Part shown: piece after piece, positions 1 through 11,997 of the stretch
Layout: each line of letters starts with the position of its first letter
Position numbering within the stretch: position 1 is the stretch's first letter
Origin: Octopus sinensis
Taxonomy: Eukaryota
DNA: 64,000 nt
Direction: 5' to 3'
Assembly (NCBI RefSeq): GCF_006345805.1
Contig: NC_043017.1
Coordinates: 29,388,001 to 29,452,000 of the forward strand
Made by a program: the position numbers and the translations under genes
Notes under the pieces: generated by a model
What the model saw: only the letters and a program-made list of their open reading frames with translations
What the model was told of the DNA's origin: nothing
Databases searched by the model: none

Positions 1-72
1 GAGCAACGTGAAATAAAGTGTGCTCAAGAACACAAACGCAGCCCGGTCCGGGATTCGAGCTCACAACCTCAC
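1..72 (-). mobile_element. Fragment of tRNA-derived SINE family E (T-arm plus central domain)
   Basis: Reverse complement GTGAGGTTGTGAGCTCGAATCCCGG...GTGTTCTTGAGCACACTTTATTTCACGTTGCTC matches the copy at 4923-5245. Confidence 0.7.
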
Positions 73-187
73 ACATATATACGAGCAAGGTATCTGCTGT
101 AATGTCGCGAATAAAGCAACATATTTTAAAGTTACTACGATGGAGAATCGTATTAACTAAAGCAGAAATGAAATAATCGTTTGCATT

Positions 188-668
188 ACTCTTTTACTTG
201 TTTCAGTCATTTGGCTGTAGCCATGCTGGAGCACCGCCTTTTACTTGAGCAAATCGACCACAGGACTTATTCTTTCTAAGCCTAGTACTTATTCTATTCT
301 AACTTGCCGAACCGCTAGGTTACGGGGACGTAAACACACAAGCATCGGTTGTCAAGCGATATTGGAGGCAGAACAAACACAGACATACAAACATATACAG
401 ACATATATATATTATATATATATATACATATATATACGTGCGTTTATGTATTTATACCTATTTATCTATGTGTATGAAAATAATAATATCAACAATAACA
501 AGAACATTTTCCTTTTGATATATAATTCATTCGATATATATACATATATACGACGGGCTTCTTTCAGTTTCCCTCTACCAAATCCACTCACAAGGCTTTG
601 GTCGGCCCGGGGCTATACTAGAAGACGCCTGCCCATTGTGCCACTCAGTGGGACTGAACTCGGAACTA
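188..668 (-). mobile_element. SINE family A (tRNA head, internal TA/TG microsatellite, LINE-derived tail), 5' truncated
   Basis: Tail CTTTTACTTGTTTCAGTCATT...GCTGGAGCACCGCC and body CAAATCCACTCACAAGGC shared with about 18 copies in the window. Confidence 0.9.
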
Positions 669-820
669 TAGCATTCTATTTAATAGGCCAAGTATGATTT
701 TGACCCAGAATGCAATATTGTCCATTTGCCTCGATGTCTCTTTACCTGTCTGTCTATATACTATATGTCTGTTTCTCCCTGTCTGTTTATCAGTCACTTT
801 AAAGGAAGACGTACATATAC

Positions 821-1015
821 AGGCGCAGGAGTGGCTGTGTGGTAAGTAGCTTGCTAACCAACCACATGGTTCCAGGTTCAGTCCCACTGCGTGGCATCTT
901 GGGCAGTGTCTTCTGCTATATCCCCGGGCCGACCAATGCCTTGTGAGTGGATTTGGTAGACGGAACTGAAAGAAGCCTATCGTATATGTATGTATAATAT
1001 ATATATATATATATA

Positions 1016-1064
<49 letters not shown>

Positions 1065-1295
1065 GTGTGTGTGTGTGGTGTGTGTGTGTGTGTGCTTGTG
1101 TGTGTTCCCCTAGCATTGCGTGACAACAGATGCTGGTGTGTTTATGTCCCCGTTTTAGCGGTTCGACAAAATAGTCCGATAGAATAAGTACTGGGCTAAC
1201 AAAAGAATAAGTCCCGGGGTCGATTTGCTCGACTAAAGGACGTGCTCCTGCATGGCCTCAGTCAAATGACTGAAACAAGTAAAAGAATTAAAGAG
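821..1295 (+). mobile_element. SINE family A, full length
   Basis: Head AGGCGCAGGAGTGGCTGTGTGGTAAG (A-box-like), GGTTCAGTCCC (B-box-like), internal (TA)n(TG)n, tail GACTGAAACAAGTAAAAGA. Confidence 0.92.
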
Positions 1296-1463
1296 AGCAT
1301 ACTCACACGCATTCATACATACTTATATGCATGTTAATCAGTATAAACGTTTACTTATACACACAAAAATATTTGTGTGTACATATATGTGTGTATGCAT
1401 ATATATATTTGTGTGTGTGTATACGCATGAATATTTGTATATATAGCGTACCTGGATTTAGGT

Positions 1464-1688
1464 TACTCTTTTACTTGTTTCAGTCATTTGACTGCGGCCA
1501 TGCTGGAGCACCGCCTTTAGTCGAGCAACTCGACCCGGGACTTATTCTTTGTAAGCCCAGTATTTATTCTATCGGTCGCTTTTGCCGAACCACTAAGTGA
1601 CGGGGACGTAAACACACCAGCATCGGTTGTCAAGCAATGCTAGGGGGACACACAGAAACACACACACAGAAACACACACGCGCACACC

Positions 1689-1755
<67 letters not shown>

Positions 1756-1915
1756 GACAGGCTTCTTTCAGTTTCCGTCTATCAAATCCACTCACAAGGC
1801 ATTGGTCGGCCCGGGGCTATAGCAGAAGACACTTGCCCAAAATGCCACGCAGTGGGACTGAACTCGAAACCATGTGGTTGGTTAGCAAGCTACTTACCAC
1901 ACAACCACTCCTGCG
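1464..1915 (-). mobile_element. SINE family A, full length
   Basis: Reverse-complement match to 821-1295. Confidence 0.92.
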
Positions 1916-2268
1916 GTTATGTCCGTATTATTTACGTCATCTACAATTCCGATTACTCTCAGATTCAGCGTCCCTTCGTCGTATCTGACGAATGGGTAAG
2001 CTTTCACTGACGTTTACCAATTAGGAACATCTGTTCGCTAGTATGAAACTACTGTACAGAAGTAAGAGCAGTTTCTACATATATGCGCAACTTTAATGGC
2101 TTGATAGCAAGGAAGTTACGAGATGGACAGGATTTATGTGTATACACTGGAATATAATGTTCACATGTGTGAGTGCGTGCGTATCTGTACATGTGCGTAT
2201 AAACGGGTCAGCGTAATATGTGTATATTTATATACATATATATATAGGTATATTATGTTTTATATATA

Positions 2269-2658
2269 TCTTTATATATAAAAGAAAGGTTGTGTGTCTG
2301 TCTCCTACGATTTAGATTCCTAACTACTCCCGCACTTTGCGGTGCAGTTAACCAAAACCGGGTATTTATAGTCGTGATTCATGTCGAGCCCTTCTGGGTA
2401 TTAGCGCGCGTCTACGATGAGTCTACGATTTAAAAAAAAATTTACCATCAATGTTTCCCATTTTTAATCCATTTTTGACATATATAGGGAAGTAAACTCT
2501 CAAAAATTTATTATTAAATCTCAGAACGTAAAAAGCTACAGTAACAACCCCCCCACTTTGTGGTTAGCCATATTGAGATGGCTATTATACTTTACATCTC
2601 TAAAAATGCTTATATAGTTATTTCCCTTACAAAACCGAGCAACGCGGGCGATACTGCT

Positions 2659-2660
<2 letters not shown>
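2269..2660 (+). mobile_element. Non-autonomous Helitron
   Basis: 5' TC after A, subterminal GC hairpin (CCGAGCAACGCGGG) and 3' CTAG followed by T; both ends shared with 14353-14864 but different interior. Confidence 0.8.
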
Positions 2661-2704
<44 letters not shown>

Positions 2705-2914
2705 TTATATATATATAAATATGACTATACCTATATATATATTACATATACAAAACACACAGGTGCATACATATATATATATGTGTGCGTGCGCGGTGTT
2801 GTGTATTCATGTATTTCTGTGTACTCGGGAGTCTGTGTGTTGAACGAGTTCAATTGTATTAGTGTGTACGCTCCTCATTTTTTCGATGATTTCATTCACA
2901 TCTCTCAATAGAGC

Positions 2915-2941
<27 letters not shown>

Positions 2942-2951
<10 letters not shown>

Positions 2952-3135
2952 TATTAGAGACAAAGCCACTATTTTGCAAAACAAACAAGGAAAGACTTAA
3001 TCAGTACATAAAATTTTAATAAATAGTCAAAAAAACCGCGGTTTTTTTGACTATTTATTAAAATGTTATGTATTGATTAAGTCTTTCCTTGTTTGTTTTG
3101 CAAAATAGTGGTTTTGTCTCTAATAATATTTTATA
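2942..3135. repeat. Spacer-less palindrome, 97-bp arms, embedded in (TA)n
   Basis: Arms are reverse complements with about 3 mismatches; centre AAAAAAACCGCGGTTTTTTT. Confidence 0.92.
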
Positions 3136-3209
3136 ATATTTTACTATAAAATTGGATTTAATCCTAAATCTGATTTTTTCCTGTAAATTTGGATTTATTC
3201 CCTAATATT

Positions 3210-3247
<38 letters not shown>

Positions 3248-3253
<6 letters not shown>

Positions 3254-3460
3254 TCGTAAATACCTATATCTACCTTTATAGACATACATATGTAAACTTA
3301 TATATGTGTATGTATATATACATATGTTTTATTTTATTTATTAATTTATATATATATATATATATATGTATTCGTAAATACCTATATCTACCTTTATAGA
3401 CATACGTATGTAAACTTATATATGTGTATGTATATAACATATGTTTTTTTTATTTATTAA

Positions 3461-3501
<41 letters not shown>

Positions 3502-3615
3502 TATATATGTATTCGTAAATACCTATATCTACCTTTATAGACATACATATGTAAACTTATATATGTGTATGTATATATACATATGTTTTATTTTAATTAT
3601 TAATTTATATATATA
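3248..3615. repeat. Tandem triplication of an approximately 115-140 bp unit separated by (TA)n
   Basis: TGTATTCGTAAATACCTATATCTACCTTTATAGAC... recurs near 3248, 3367 and 3508. Confidence 0.9.
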
Positions 3616-4462
3616 TATATATTATATATATACACACACGCACACGTGTGTTTATGTATTTATACCTATTTATCTGTGCATGACAAGAACAACAATTACA
3701 GCAACAAGAACAACATTTTCCTTTTGATATAATTCATTCGGTATTTAAAACCCAACATTTCTTCCCTTCGAATGTTTGATTATTTCAACAATTTCAACGG
3801 TGTATAAAATAGTTTAACAATTATATTTTTATGTCTCTAAAGTATATTAAACCATTATTCTTAATATAATAATGGATAAATGCTGTTTGCGTTGTTATAG
3901 TGAAATCAAATAACAACAAATCTTTCTTTCAAATCTGATTTTATATATATATAAGTACTATCATACTTTTGAAACAACTCGTGCTCGTTAAACTTTCTAA
4001 CACACCCGTCGGTATTCGAAATCAATCTTGCTACTTACAAGAAGATTTTACTCAGCTTCGAATGAACATCAACATTATGGCTAAATACACCGTCATTGCT
4101 GTTGTTGGTTTAGTTCCACGTTGTCTATAATCTAGAAGGCATATGCTGAAACGCATTCCAGCGATACCAACTATTCTATGCAACATTTCTAATCAGCTAA
4201 CTGTGACCAATAAACACTAGCTCGGAAACCTGGCGTATTCGTGACCGAGGAGCGAAAATCGGGTCGAAACACCGTGTTTGGAAGTCTGTTTTTTCTTAAA
4301 TAAGCTTTTTATCTTCAGCGTTTTCCGTGGAGTGTCTTTGAGACAGAATGTTTCAGTTTGTTCTGTTGTTCGTTTATATGCACACTATAATTATGATACT
4401 CATCAAGATTTTAATCTGAAACTGTATCAGTGATTAGATTAAAATCTAACCTAACTGCAATC

Positions 4463-4620
4463 GAGTGGCTGTGTGGTAAGTAGCTTGCTAACCAACCACA
4501 TGGTCCCGGGTTCAGTCCCACTGCGTGGCACTTTGGATAAGTGTCTTCTGCTATAGCCCCGGGCCGACCAATGCCTTGTGAGTGGATTTGGTAGACGGAA
4601 ACTGAAAGAAGCCTGTCGTG

Positions 4621-4651
<31 letters not shown>

Positions 4652-4839
4652 CTGTGTTTGTCCCCCCCCCTCGTGTGTTTACGTCCCCGTCACTTAGCGG
4701 TTCGGCAAAAGAGACCGATAGAATAAGTACTGGGCTTCCAAAAAGAATAAGTCCCGGGGTCGATTTGCTCGACTAAAAGGCGGTGCTCCAGCATGACCGC
4801 AGTCAAATGACTGGAACAAGTAAAAGAGATTAAAAGAGA
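4463..4839 (+). mobile_element. SINE family A
   Basis: Head GAGTGGCTGTGTGGTAAG through tail AACAAGTAAAAGAG. Confidence 0.9.
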
Positions 4840-4922
4840 TGGGTGCAGTTACGAACAATATTGAGCGTTCGGCATCGACAATGCTACCAGTAGCTAACAG
4901 CATTGTACTAGTGAGACAAAGC

Positions 4923-5245
4923 GTGATGGCGCGTGGCTTAGTGGTTAGGGCATTCGGCTCATGATCGTAAGGTTGTGAGTTCGATTCCCGGCGACGCGTT
5001 GTGTCCTTGAGCAAGACACTTTTTTTCACGTTGCTCCAGTCCACTCAGCTGGCAAAAATGAGTTGTACTTGTATTTCAAAGGGTCAGCCTTGTCACTCTC
5101 TGTGTCACGCTGATTATCCCCGAGAACTACGTTAAGGGTACACGTGTCTGTGGAATGCTCAGCCATTTGCACGTTAATTTCACGAGCAAGCTGTTCCGTT
5201 GATCGTATCAGCTGGGACCCTCGTCGTCGTAACCGGCGGAGTCTT
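4923..5245 (+). mobile_element. tRNA-derived SINE family E, full length with 14-bp TSD
   Basis: A box GGCTTAGTGG, B box GAGTTCGATTC, central TGTGTCCTTGAGCAAGACACTT; TSD TAGTGAGACAAAGC at 4909-4922 and 5246-5259. Confidence 0.9.
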
Positions 5246-5289
5246 TAGTGAGACAAAGCTATTGGGGAGGGAAGTATTAATAACTCTGT

Positions 5290-5725
5290 GTGGTCTAAAA
5301 TGGGGACTTTCAGGTTGGGCACTTTGGACAGACTCCTAAAGTCCTTAGCATGGCAGCGCTACAAGCAGCATTGTCTGTTCGAGACAAGCCTAACCTGTCC
5401 AAGATTCATGTAAGCAAACCAAACTGTCTTGCATGCATTTGTTTCGTTTCCGTGCTTTAGCGAGTTGTGGTGGGTTAGTGTCTAGCAGCTACTGACTCCC
5501 GAAAGACAAGTGCATAGTGAAGATCGATTCACCACCTTGACACAGAAAGAAAACAGGTACTGTCCTCTCCAACCAAGCTCTCATCACTTTCTTCAAATAT
5601 CAATTGGAAAGGAATGTGCGGGAAGAAAGAGATGCCTTCTATATCATTTATCGAAACGTGGATGAGAGTGGTGAGACAGGTGAAGCTGAATGGTGGACTT
5701 TCCGTTATTTCGGATTCGACTGATT
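5290..5725 (+). pseudogene. Decayed Tx1/L1-type LINE ORF2 C-terminus (zf-RVT-like region)
   Basis: Manual translation with frameshifts: AALSVRDK..., QTVLHAFVSFPCFSELW, LITFFKYQLERNVREER, FIETWMRVVRQVKLNG, resembling L1/Tx1 ORF2 ends. Confidence 0.65.
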
Positions 5726-5737
5726 TATGCTTTCTAT

Positions 5738-6091
5738 ACTCTTACTCTTTTACTCTTTTACTTGTTTCAGTCATTTGACTGCGGCCATGCTGGAGCACCA
5801 CCTTTTAGTACTTATTCTATCGGTCTCTTTTTGCCGAACCGCTAAGTGACGGGAACGTAAACACACCACCATCGGTTGTCAAGCAATGCTAGGGGGACAA
5901 ACACAGACACACACACATACATATATACGACAGGCTTCTTTCAGTTTCCGTCTACCAAATCCACTCACAAGGCATTGGTCGGCCCGGGGCTATAGCAGAA
6001 GACACTTGCCCAAGATCCCACGCAGTGGGACTGAACCCGGAACCATGTGGTTGGTTAGCAAGCTACTTACCACATAGCCACTCCTGCGCCT
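5738..6091 (-). mobile_element. SINE family A with internal deletion
   Basis: Head ...CCACTCCTGCGCCT and tail TTACTTGTTTCAG present; about 40 bp of body missing. Confidence 0.9.
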
Positions 6092-6839
6092 ATATCCTTA
6101 TTTTGTCTCCTTTCGATCGATGTAAATCTCACCTGTCTGTGACTTTTACATCGTCCTTTGAAATTGCTCTCAACGTTTTAAGTCCTTGTGACAAATAACC
6201 GAAATTATTATTATTATTGTTGATGTTGTTGCTACGGCTGCTGTTGTTGTAGTTATGCAACAAGACGGGTAAGGGTGATTAGGTGATGGTCCAGGACTTA
6301 AGGGAGGGAGACCCCAGACCTTGGGGAAAAAAAAAAACTTTGGTCGTCTTGTTGTAGTCGTGGGCTCTTCGTTGACGCTCGACACCACTGGGAGATGGCC
6401 CTCGAAGTCGCTGGAAATGGAGATCTCCAGGTCCAAATTCTTGAACGGCTTCTACTGCTGTCGTTGTTAACATCATTATAATAGGAAATATGATGTACTT
6501 ATCAATAAAGAACCATTCTATGAAAGCCTAAAACAATTCTAAATGGTAAACAGAAGTGAATTACCAAGACTAGGCGACTAAAGAAGGCAAAAAGTAATGA
6601 TTGACTTTAGAGGACACCCAACTGAACGAGCCGACGAAGAAGGCGGATTGTATTTACCATGAAAACGAGTAGGCAGATGTGTGTAAGTGATCGGGTGTGT
6701 GTGTGTGTGCGCGTTTGTGCATGTGTGCGTGCGTGCGTGTGTGTATTCCACTAAGAGCATAGTATGAATTATCTCCTGTATGATAAACGAAAATAAAAAT
6801 AATACAAGCAAACTAATATATCTAAACGAGAAGCGCATA

Positions 6840-7075
6840 TGCATACACCGACACACACAGACACACGCACACACAGGCACACAGACACACAGACACACAC
6901 ACACAGGCACACACACAGGCGCACACACAGGCACACGCACAGGCACATGCACAGGCACACGCACAGGCGCACACACAGGCACACACACAGGCACACACAC
7001 AGACGCACGCACAGACACACGCAGACACACGCACAGACACACGCACAGACGCAGACACACACGCACACACATATA
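6840..7075. repeat. CA-derived minisatellite (12-bp CACACACAGGCA-type units)
   Basis: Direct tandem units visible; source of the spurious ORFs at 6578-7436. Confidence 0.9.
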
Positions 7076-7942
7076 TATATCGTGAAAGAGAGAGATAGAC
7101 AGATAGACAATCACACAAACACACACACATATATATATAGAGAGAGAGAGATACAAAAAGAGTGACAGTAATAGAAAGAGAGAGTGAGAGAGATACAAAA
7201 AGAGTGACAGTAAGAGAAAGAGAGTGAGAGAGCAAAAGAGAAGGAATCTGTACAAAACAGAAAAACATTTGTCCGTTTTCAAGGAAGCCAACAAATATAA
7301 AATGAAAACGGAGATAGCAAGCATCTTTACAAGAGGGCCGGAAAAACGCCAAGAAAATAAAAATGAAAATGGGATTATAAAATGTCAGGCAAAGACGTTG
7401 GCAAGAAAATCTCCTCAGTAGCTTAATATCTGACAAGACTGTTAAAAGCGAAAGTGATAAAGAAATATTTCAGCGCTGCTTGTGGGGAAAAAAAGCGCCG
7501 TGTGGCGTATTCTGAGCTAAGAGTAAAAGGATTTTTGATTGCCGTTGAAGACCAAAGCGTTCTTTTCTTAAACGAATGTTTTGTATTCTACTTTATAAGT
7601 AGAATGCAAAATAAATAAATGAATGAATGAATAACGGAGTAGTAAGTTGAGGTTGTGAAAGAAAAAAAAAACATCTCTTTATTACGGTTTTATTTTTGTG
7701 TGTGTGTTTGGTGGTATAAAAAGGAAAAACAGGACTCAAGATATGGGTATACGTTTATACAAAGATACGTATATAAACATATGCATGAATACATACACTC
7801 ACACACATACATATTTATATACGAACCCATATGTTATTTTAATGGCAAGGTTTACATAGTGACTCAAAAGCCGAAAGATTTGTGAATTGGCACTTGGCAA
7901 AATACCACTGCACAATGCTTTCTCGGCTTTTGTGAGACCTAC

Positions 7943-8169
7943 TTATTTCTTTATTACCCACAAGAGGCTAAACACAGAGGGGACAAACAAGGACAGACAT
8001 AGGTATTAAGTCGATTACATCGACCCCAGTGCGTAACTGGTACTTAATTTATCGACCCCGAAAGGATGAAAGGCAAAGTCGACCTCGGCGGAATTTGAAC
8101 TCACAACGTAACGCAGACGAAATACCGCTTAGCATTTCGCCCGGCGTGCTAACGATTCAACCAGCTCGC
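7943..8169 (-). mobile_element. SINE family B (tRNA-like head, Nin-like central domain)
   Basis: Reverse complement has GAGTTCAAATTCCGCCGAGGTCGACTTTGCCTTTCATCCTTTCGGGGTCGATAAATTAAGTACC and tail AAAGAAATA. Confidence 0.88.
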
Positions 8170-8662
8170 AATAACACACACACACACATTCACACATATA
8201 CACACATACACACACACACATATACACACACACATATACTCACATACATACATACATATATATACATATATATACATAGATAGATAGATATAGAGAGAGA
8301 AAGTTGATTCGGAGACGACAAATACGTTTATTCATAGAAGAATGCAATGAACCAGCAGAAATGTTAGAGACTTCTAAAATATACTTTATAGTATTTACTC
8401 TGGCACTTTAGTGTTCTGAGACCAAACCCTATAGTGTAACTTACTTCCCATTATTTCGGCATCAAAGGTCGAGAAACGTAATCCGATTGGATTCTTTGCA
8501 GTATTTGGCTCGAAGTGAGTTGAAATCACCCCAATATATACCCGTCCCTGTGGATGTACACAGGGGTAATTAACCAATTTTAGGACAAGAGAACTCCAAG
8601 TTATTCAATATGCAATAAGCTACATGACGATGATTATTCAGCTAATTAAGCTACCACAGCAT

Positions 8663-9027
8663 TATTTCGTCTGCCGTTACGTTCCGAGTTCAAATTCCGC
8701 CGAGGTCGACTTTGCCTTTCATCCTTCGGAGTCGATTAAATAAGTAGCACTTACGCACTGGGGTCGATGTAATCGACTTAATCCCTTTGTCTGTCCTTGT
8801 TTGTCCTCTCTGTGTGTAGCCCCTTGTGGGTAGTAAAGAAATAGGTATTTCGTCTGCCGTTACGTTCTGATTTCAAATTCCACCGAGGTCGATTTTGCCT
8901 TTCATCCTTTCTGGGTCGATCAAATAAGTACCAGTTACGCACTGGGGTCGATGTAATCGACTTAATCTCTTTGTCTGTTCTTGTTTGTCCCCTCTGTGTT
9001 TAGCCCCATCTGGGCAATAAAGAAATA
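8663..9027 (+). mobile_element. SINE family B head-to-tail dimer (both units headless)
   Basis: Two units of about 182 bp joined at AAAGAAATA|GGTATTTCGTCTG (8844). Confidence 0.88.
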
Positions 9028-9654
9028 ACATGATTTTCGATTCGATTTCTATATATGATTTTTGTCACTATTAAGGACAAAGTGTCAACTTTAAACATGC
9101 ATAGTCGGTGGTTTTATTGTTTAGTACCAGGCAGACTCGGTTGACCAGTCTGCCTGACTCATTTGTAACCAATACATCTTTAAGATATAATTATATCGAT
9201 GTTTTCATTATCTCATCTAAATATGATTTTTTTTTTTTTTGCCTAGCACTAATATAGTGGAATGTTGACTCTGTTTCCTGCAGTTTAAGGGACAGAACAG
9301 TAGCTTCAGCTTTGGCTACCGTTCAAACTTTAAGTGTTACCAATATAATATTTATCACAAATATGACAGTCTGTTCAACGTCCCTCTCGAAGTTTTCGAG
9401 TGTTCCTGAATATTAAATTGGCTATTTTCAGTTTAATTGAGTGTGTGACAGATGCAAAATTAATGAGCAGAAGGTCACTAAACCTTCGGATGTAACATTC
9501 CTGAATTGGCTACCACGTAGATTTCGACATTAACTCATCAAGTACAAGTTTAAGGAATTTGGTTTTTACATTATGATGTTAAATTTAAAATCAAACGTGT
9601 GAGACCAGAGACGGGGAACGGATAGAGCAACATTAAAAGAATTTCACAAAAATA

Positions 9655-10172
9655 TATAATATTGATTTGGTTTGCAAGATTCTTTATATGAGTTCGTGTG
9701 TTGAAGCATATTCTGTTATGTCTGGGGAGAGTCATTTTCTTTTTGTGCCTTATAATGTAACACACTCACCGGTAAAATTTCCACTTATTTCTTATTTTTA
9801 TTTTCCTAAAATTTTCGTTGCGTCTTGCAACCTTTTCAATAGTTTGACTCCATAGAGTCAAGACTATTGAAAGTCAAGGCGATTGACAGTCAAGGCGATT
9901 GACAGTCAAGGCGGTTGACAGTCAAGGCGGTTGACAGTCAAGGCGGTTGACAGCCAAGGCGGTTGACAGTCAAGGCGGTTGACAGCCAAGGCGGTTGACA
10001 GCCAAGGCGATTGACAGTCAAGGCGATTGAAAAGGTTGCAAGACGCAACGAAAATTTTAGGAAAATAATAAGAAATAAGTGGAAATTTTACCAGTGTGTT
10101 TGTTAAATTATAAGGCACAAAAAGAAAATTATTCTCCTCAGACACAACAGAATATAACATTGGATATCTTGT
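9655..10172. mobile_element. Long-inverted-repeat element, family D, with central 16-bp minisatellite
   Basis: Arm GGTTTGCAAGATTCTTTATATGAG...GCAACCTTTTCAATAG and its reverse complement; 11 units of GTCAAG(G/A)C(G/T)(A/G)TTGA(C/A)A at 9857-10032. Confidence 0.88.
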
Positions 10173-10177
10173 CAATT

Positions 10178-10945
10178 ACTTGCTTCAGTCATGCAGTAGC
10201 ACCGCCTTGATGTGATTAATCGAACGAATTCAACTTAGTACTTATTTCTTCAAACCAAATATTTATTCAATTAATCTTTTTTTGTCGAACCGCTGTGTTG
10301 CAAGGATGTAAACAAAGCGACATCGATTGTAAAACGATGGTGCGAGACAAAACACTAGCACAAACAGACACGCAAACATATATACCTTAACGCATACATA
10401 CATGTATACGCACGCACTCACACTTACACACGTACATATATATGTACACACGCGCACGCACCCCCACACGCACACACAAATGTGCACGTCGAGCTTCTTT
10501 CAGTTGCTGTCTTTCACATCCACTCACAAGTCTTTGGTTAGCCCTAGCTATTGTAGAAATAGAAGCCCACAGGCATATGGCGTAGTGGTTAAGAGCGTGG
10601 GCTACTAACCCCAAGATTCCGAGTTCAACTCCAAGCAGTGAACTGAGCAATAACAATAATAATGATGATGAAAATAATAATAATAAAAATAATAATAATA
10701 TCGAAAAATACATTAGGAATGAGAAGCCTGGTTCGAAATTTCCTCAAGATACCTGATGAAGGCTGGAGGGTATATCAGCCGATACGTGGTTTTAACAACA
10801 AACAAGATTAGGACAAATATCCGTCAACTGTAAATAATGTACATAATTCCTCATCTCTTAAATATAGAACTGTATAGTAGAAGTAACTTGCCCAAGGTGC
10901 CACGCAGTGAATCGGAGCCCCAAACCATATAGCTAGAAAGTTCTA
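10178..10945 (-). mobile_element. Old SINE family A copy interrupted by a tRNA-HHR element
   Basis: Degenerate tail, body and head flank the insertion at 10559-10872. Confidence 0.75.
10559..10872 (+). mobile_element. tRNA(Ser-like)-headed SINE with (AAT)n linker and degenerate hammerhead motif
   Basis: GGCGTAGTGGTTAAGAGC...GGG-CTACTAA-CCC...GAGTTCAACTC; CTGATGAA-GGCTG/CAGCC-GATAC at 10753-10785; approximate TSD TATTGTAGAA / TATAGTAGAA. Confidence 0.75.
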
Positions 10946-10978
10946 TACCCTATTTTAATGCTAAATAAATAAATAAAC

Positions 10979-11400
10979 AGGCGCAGGAGTGGCTGTGTGG
11001 TAAGTAGCTTCCTTACCAACCACATGGTTCCAGGTTCAGTCCCACTGCGTGGCACCTTGGGCAAGTGTCTTCTACTATAGCCCCGGGCCAACCAAAGCCT
11101 TGTGAGTGGATTTGGTAGACGGAAACTGAAAAAAGCCCGTCGTATATATGTATGTATATATATGTATATATATATATGTGTGTGTGTGTGTCTGTGTTTG
11201 TCCCCCCAACATCGCTTGCCAACCGATGGTGGTATGTTTACGTCCCCGTAACATAGCGGTTCGGCAAAAGAGACCGATAGATTAAGTACTAGGCTTACAA
11301 AGAATAAGTCCTGGGGTCGATTTGTTTGAATAAAGGCGGTGCTCCAGCATGGCCACAGTCACATGACTGAAACAAGTAAAAGAGAGAAAAAGAGAGAAAG
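10979..11400 (+). mobile_element. SINE family A, full length
   Basis: Head AGGCGCAGGAGTGG to tail AAACAAGTAAAAGAG. Confidence 0.92.
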
Positions 11401-11852
11401 AGAAACTAAAAAAAATATTAAGAATTAATTGCTTCTGATTTGAGTACAAAGCCAGGAATTTTGCAGCGAGCAGAAGATACAATTGACCACAGTATTAGGC
11501 CGGTACTGTATTTACTTGTTACCCGGAATGATGAGAGCCAAGTAAAAGAATGGGAACCAAAGAAGAGGAAAGATGAAGTAGAGGACATGAAGACAGGAAA
11601 ATGATATTAAAGGAAGTATAGCCTTCAGTTTGTGATAGCCTCGTCACGTCTTAACTTCTGGAGATATGTGCTTGATTATTTAATCTAACAACAGGTGAAA
11701 ACTTTAAAGTGTTTAGCGAAATTATAGATGAGTTTACTGATTGTTTACCGAGAGAGAAATCCTTATATGTACAAAATGATATTTGAAAGTGTACATCCGT
11801 ATGAATTGTAGGAAAACTGACTGAGCGAATTAAAGTGGGCACTAAGTGTTTC

Positions 11853-11887
<35 letters not shown>

Positions 11888-11997
11888 GTATTCGGCAAAT
11901 ATTTCTAGTATTATGCTAAGAGCAGAAATGATGATGATGGTGATAATGATGATGATGTCGCCATCCCCATCTTCTCCTTTCTCCTGATCATCATTAT

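Noticed and set aside
821-900. tRNA-like heads of SINE families A, B and E and of the 31985 and 10559 elements as tRNA genes
   Set aside because: Acceptor and T stems do not pair; each continues into a repeated SINE body.
4225-4290. GACC...GGGTC-GAAAC-ACCGTGT as a hammerhead
   Set aside because: No recognisable core or matching helix I upstream of helix II.
9857-10032. Regular repeat array as CRISPR
   Set aside because: Units are directly tandem with no unique spacers; eukaryotic context; no cas genes.
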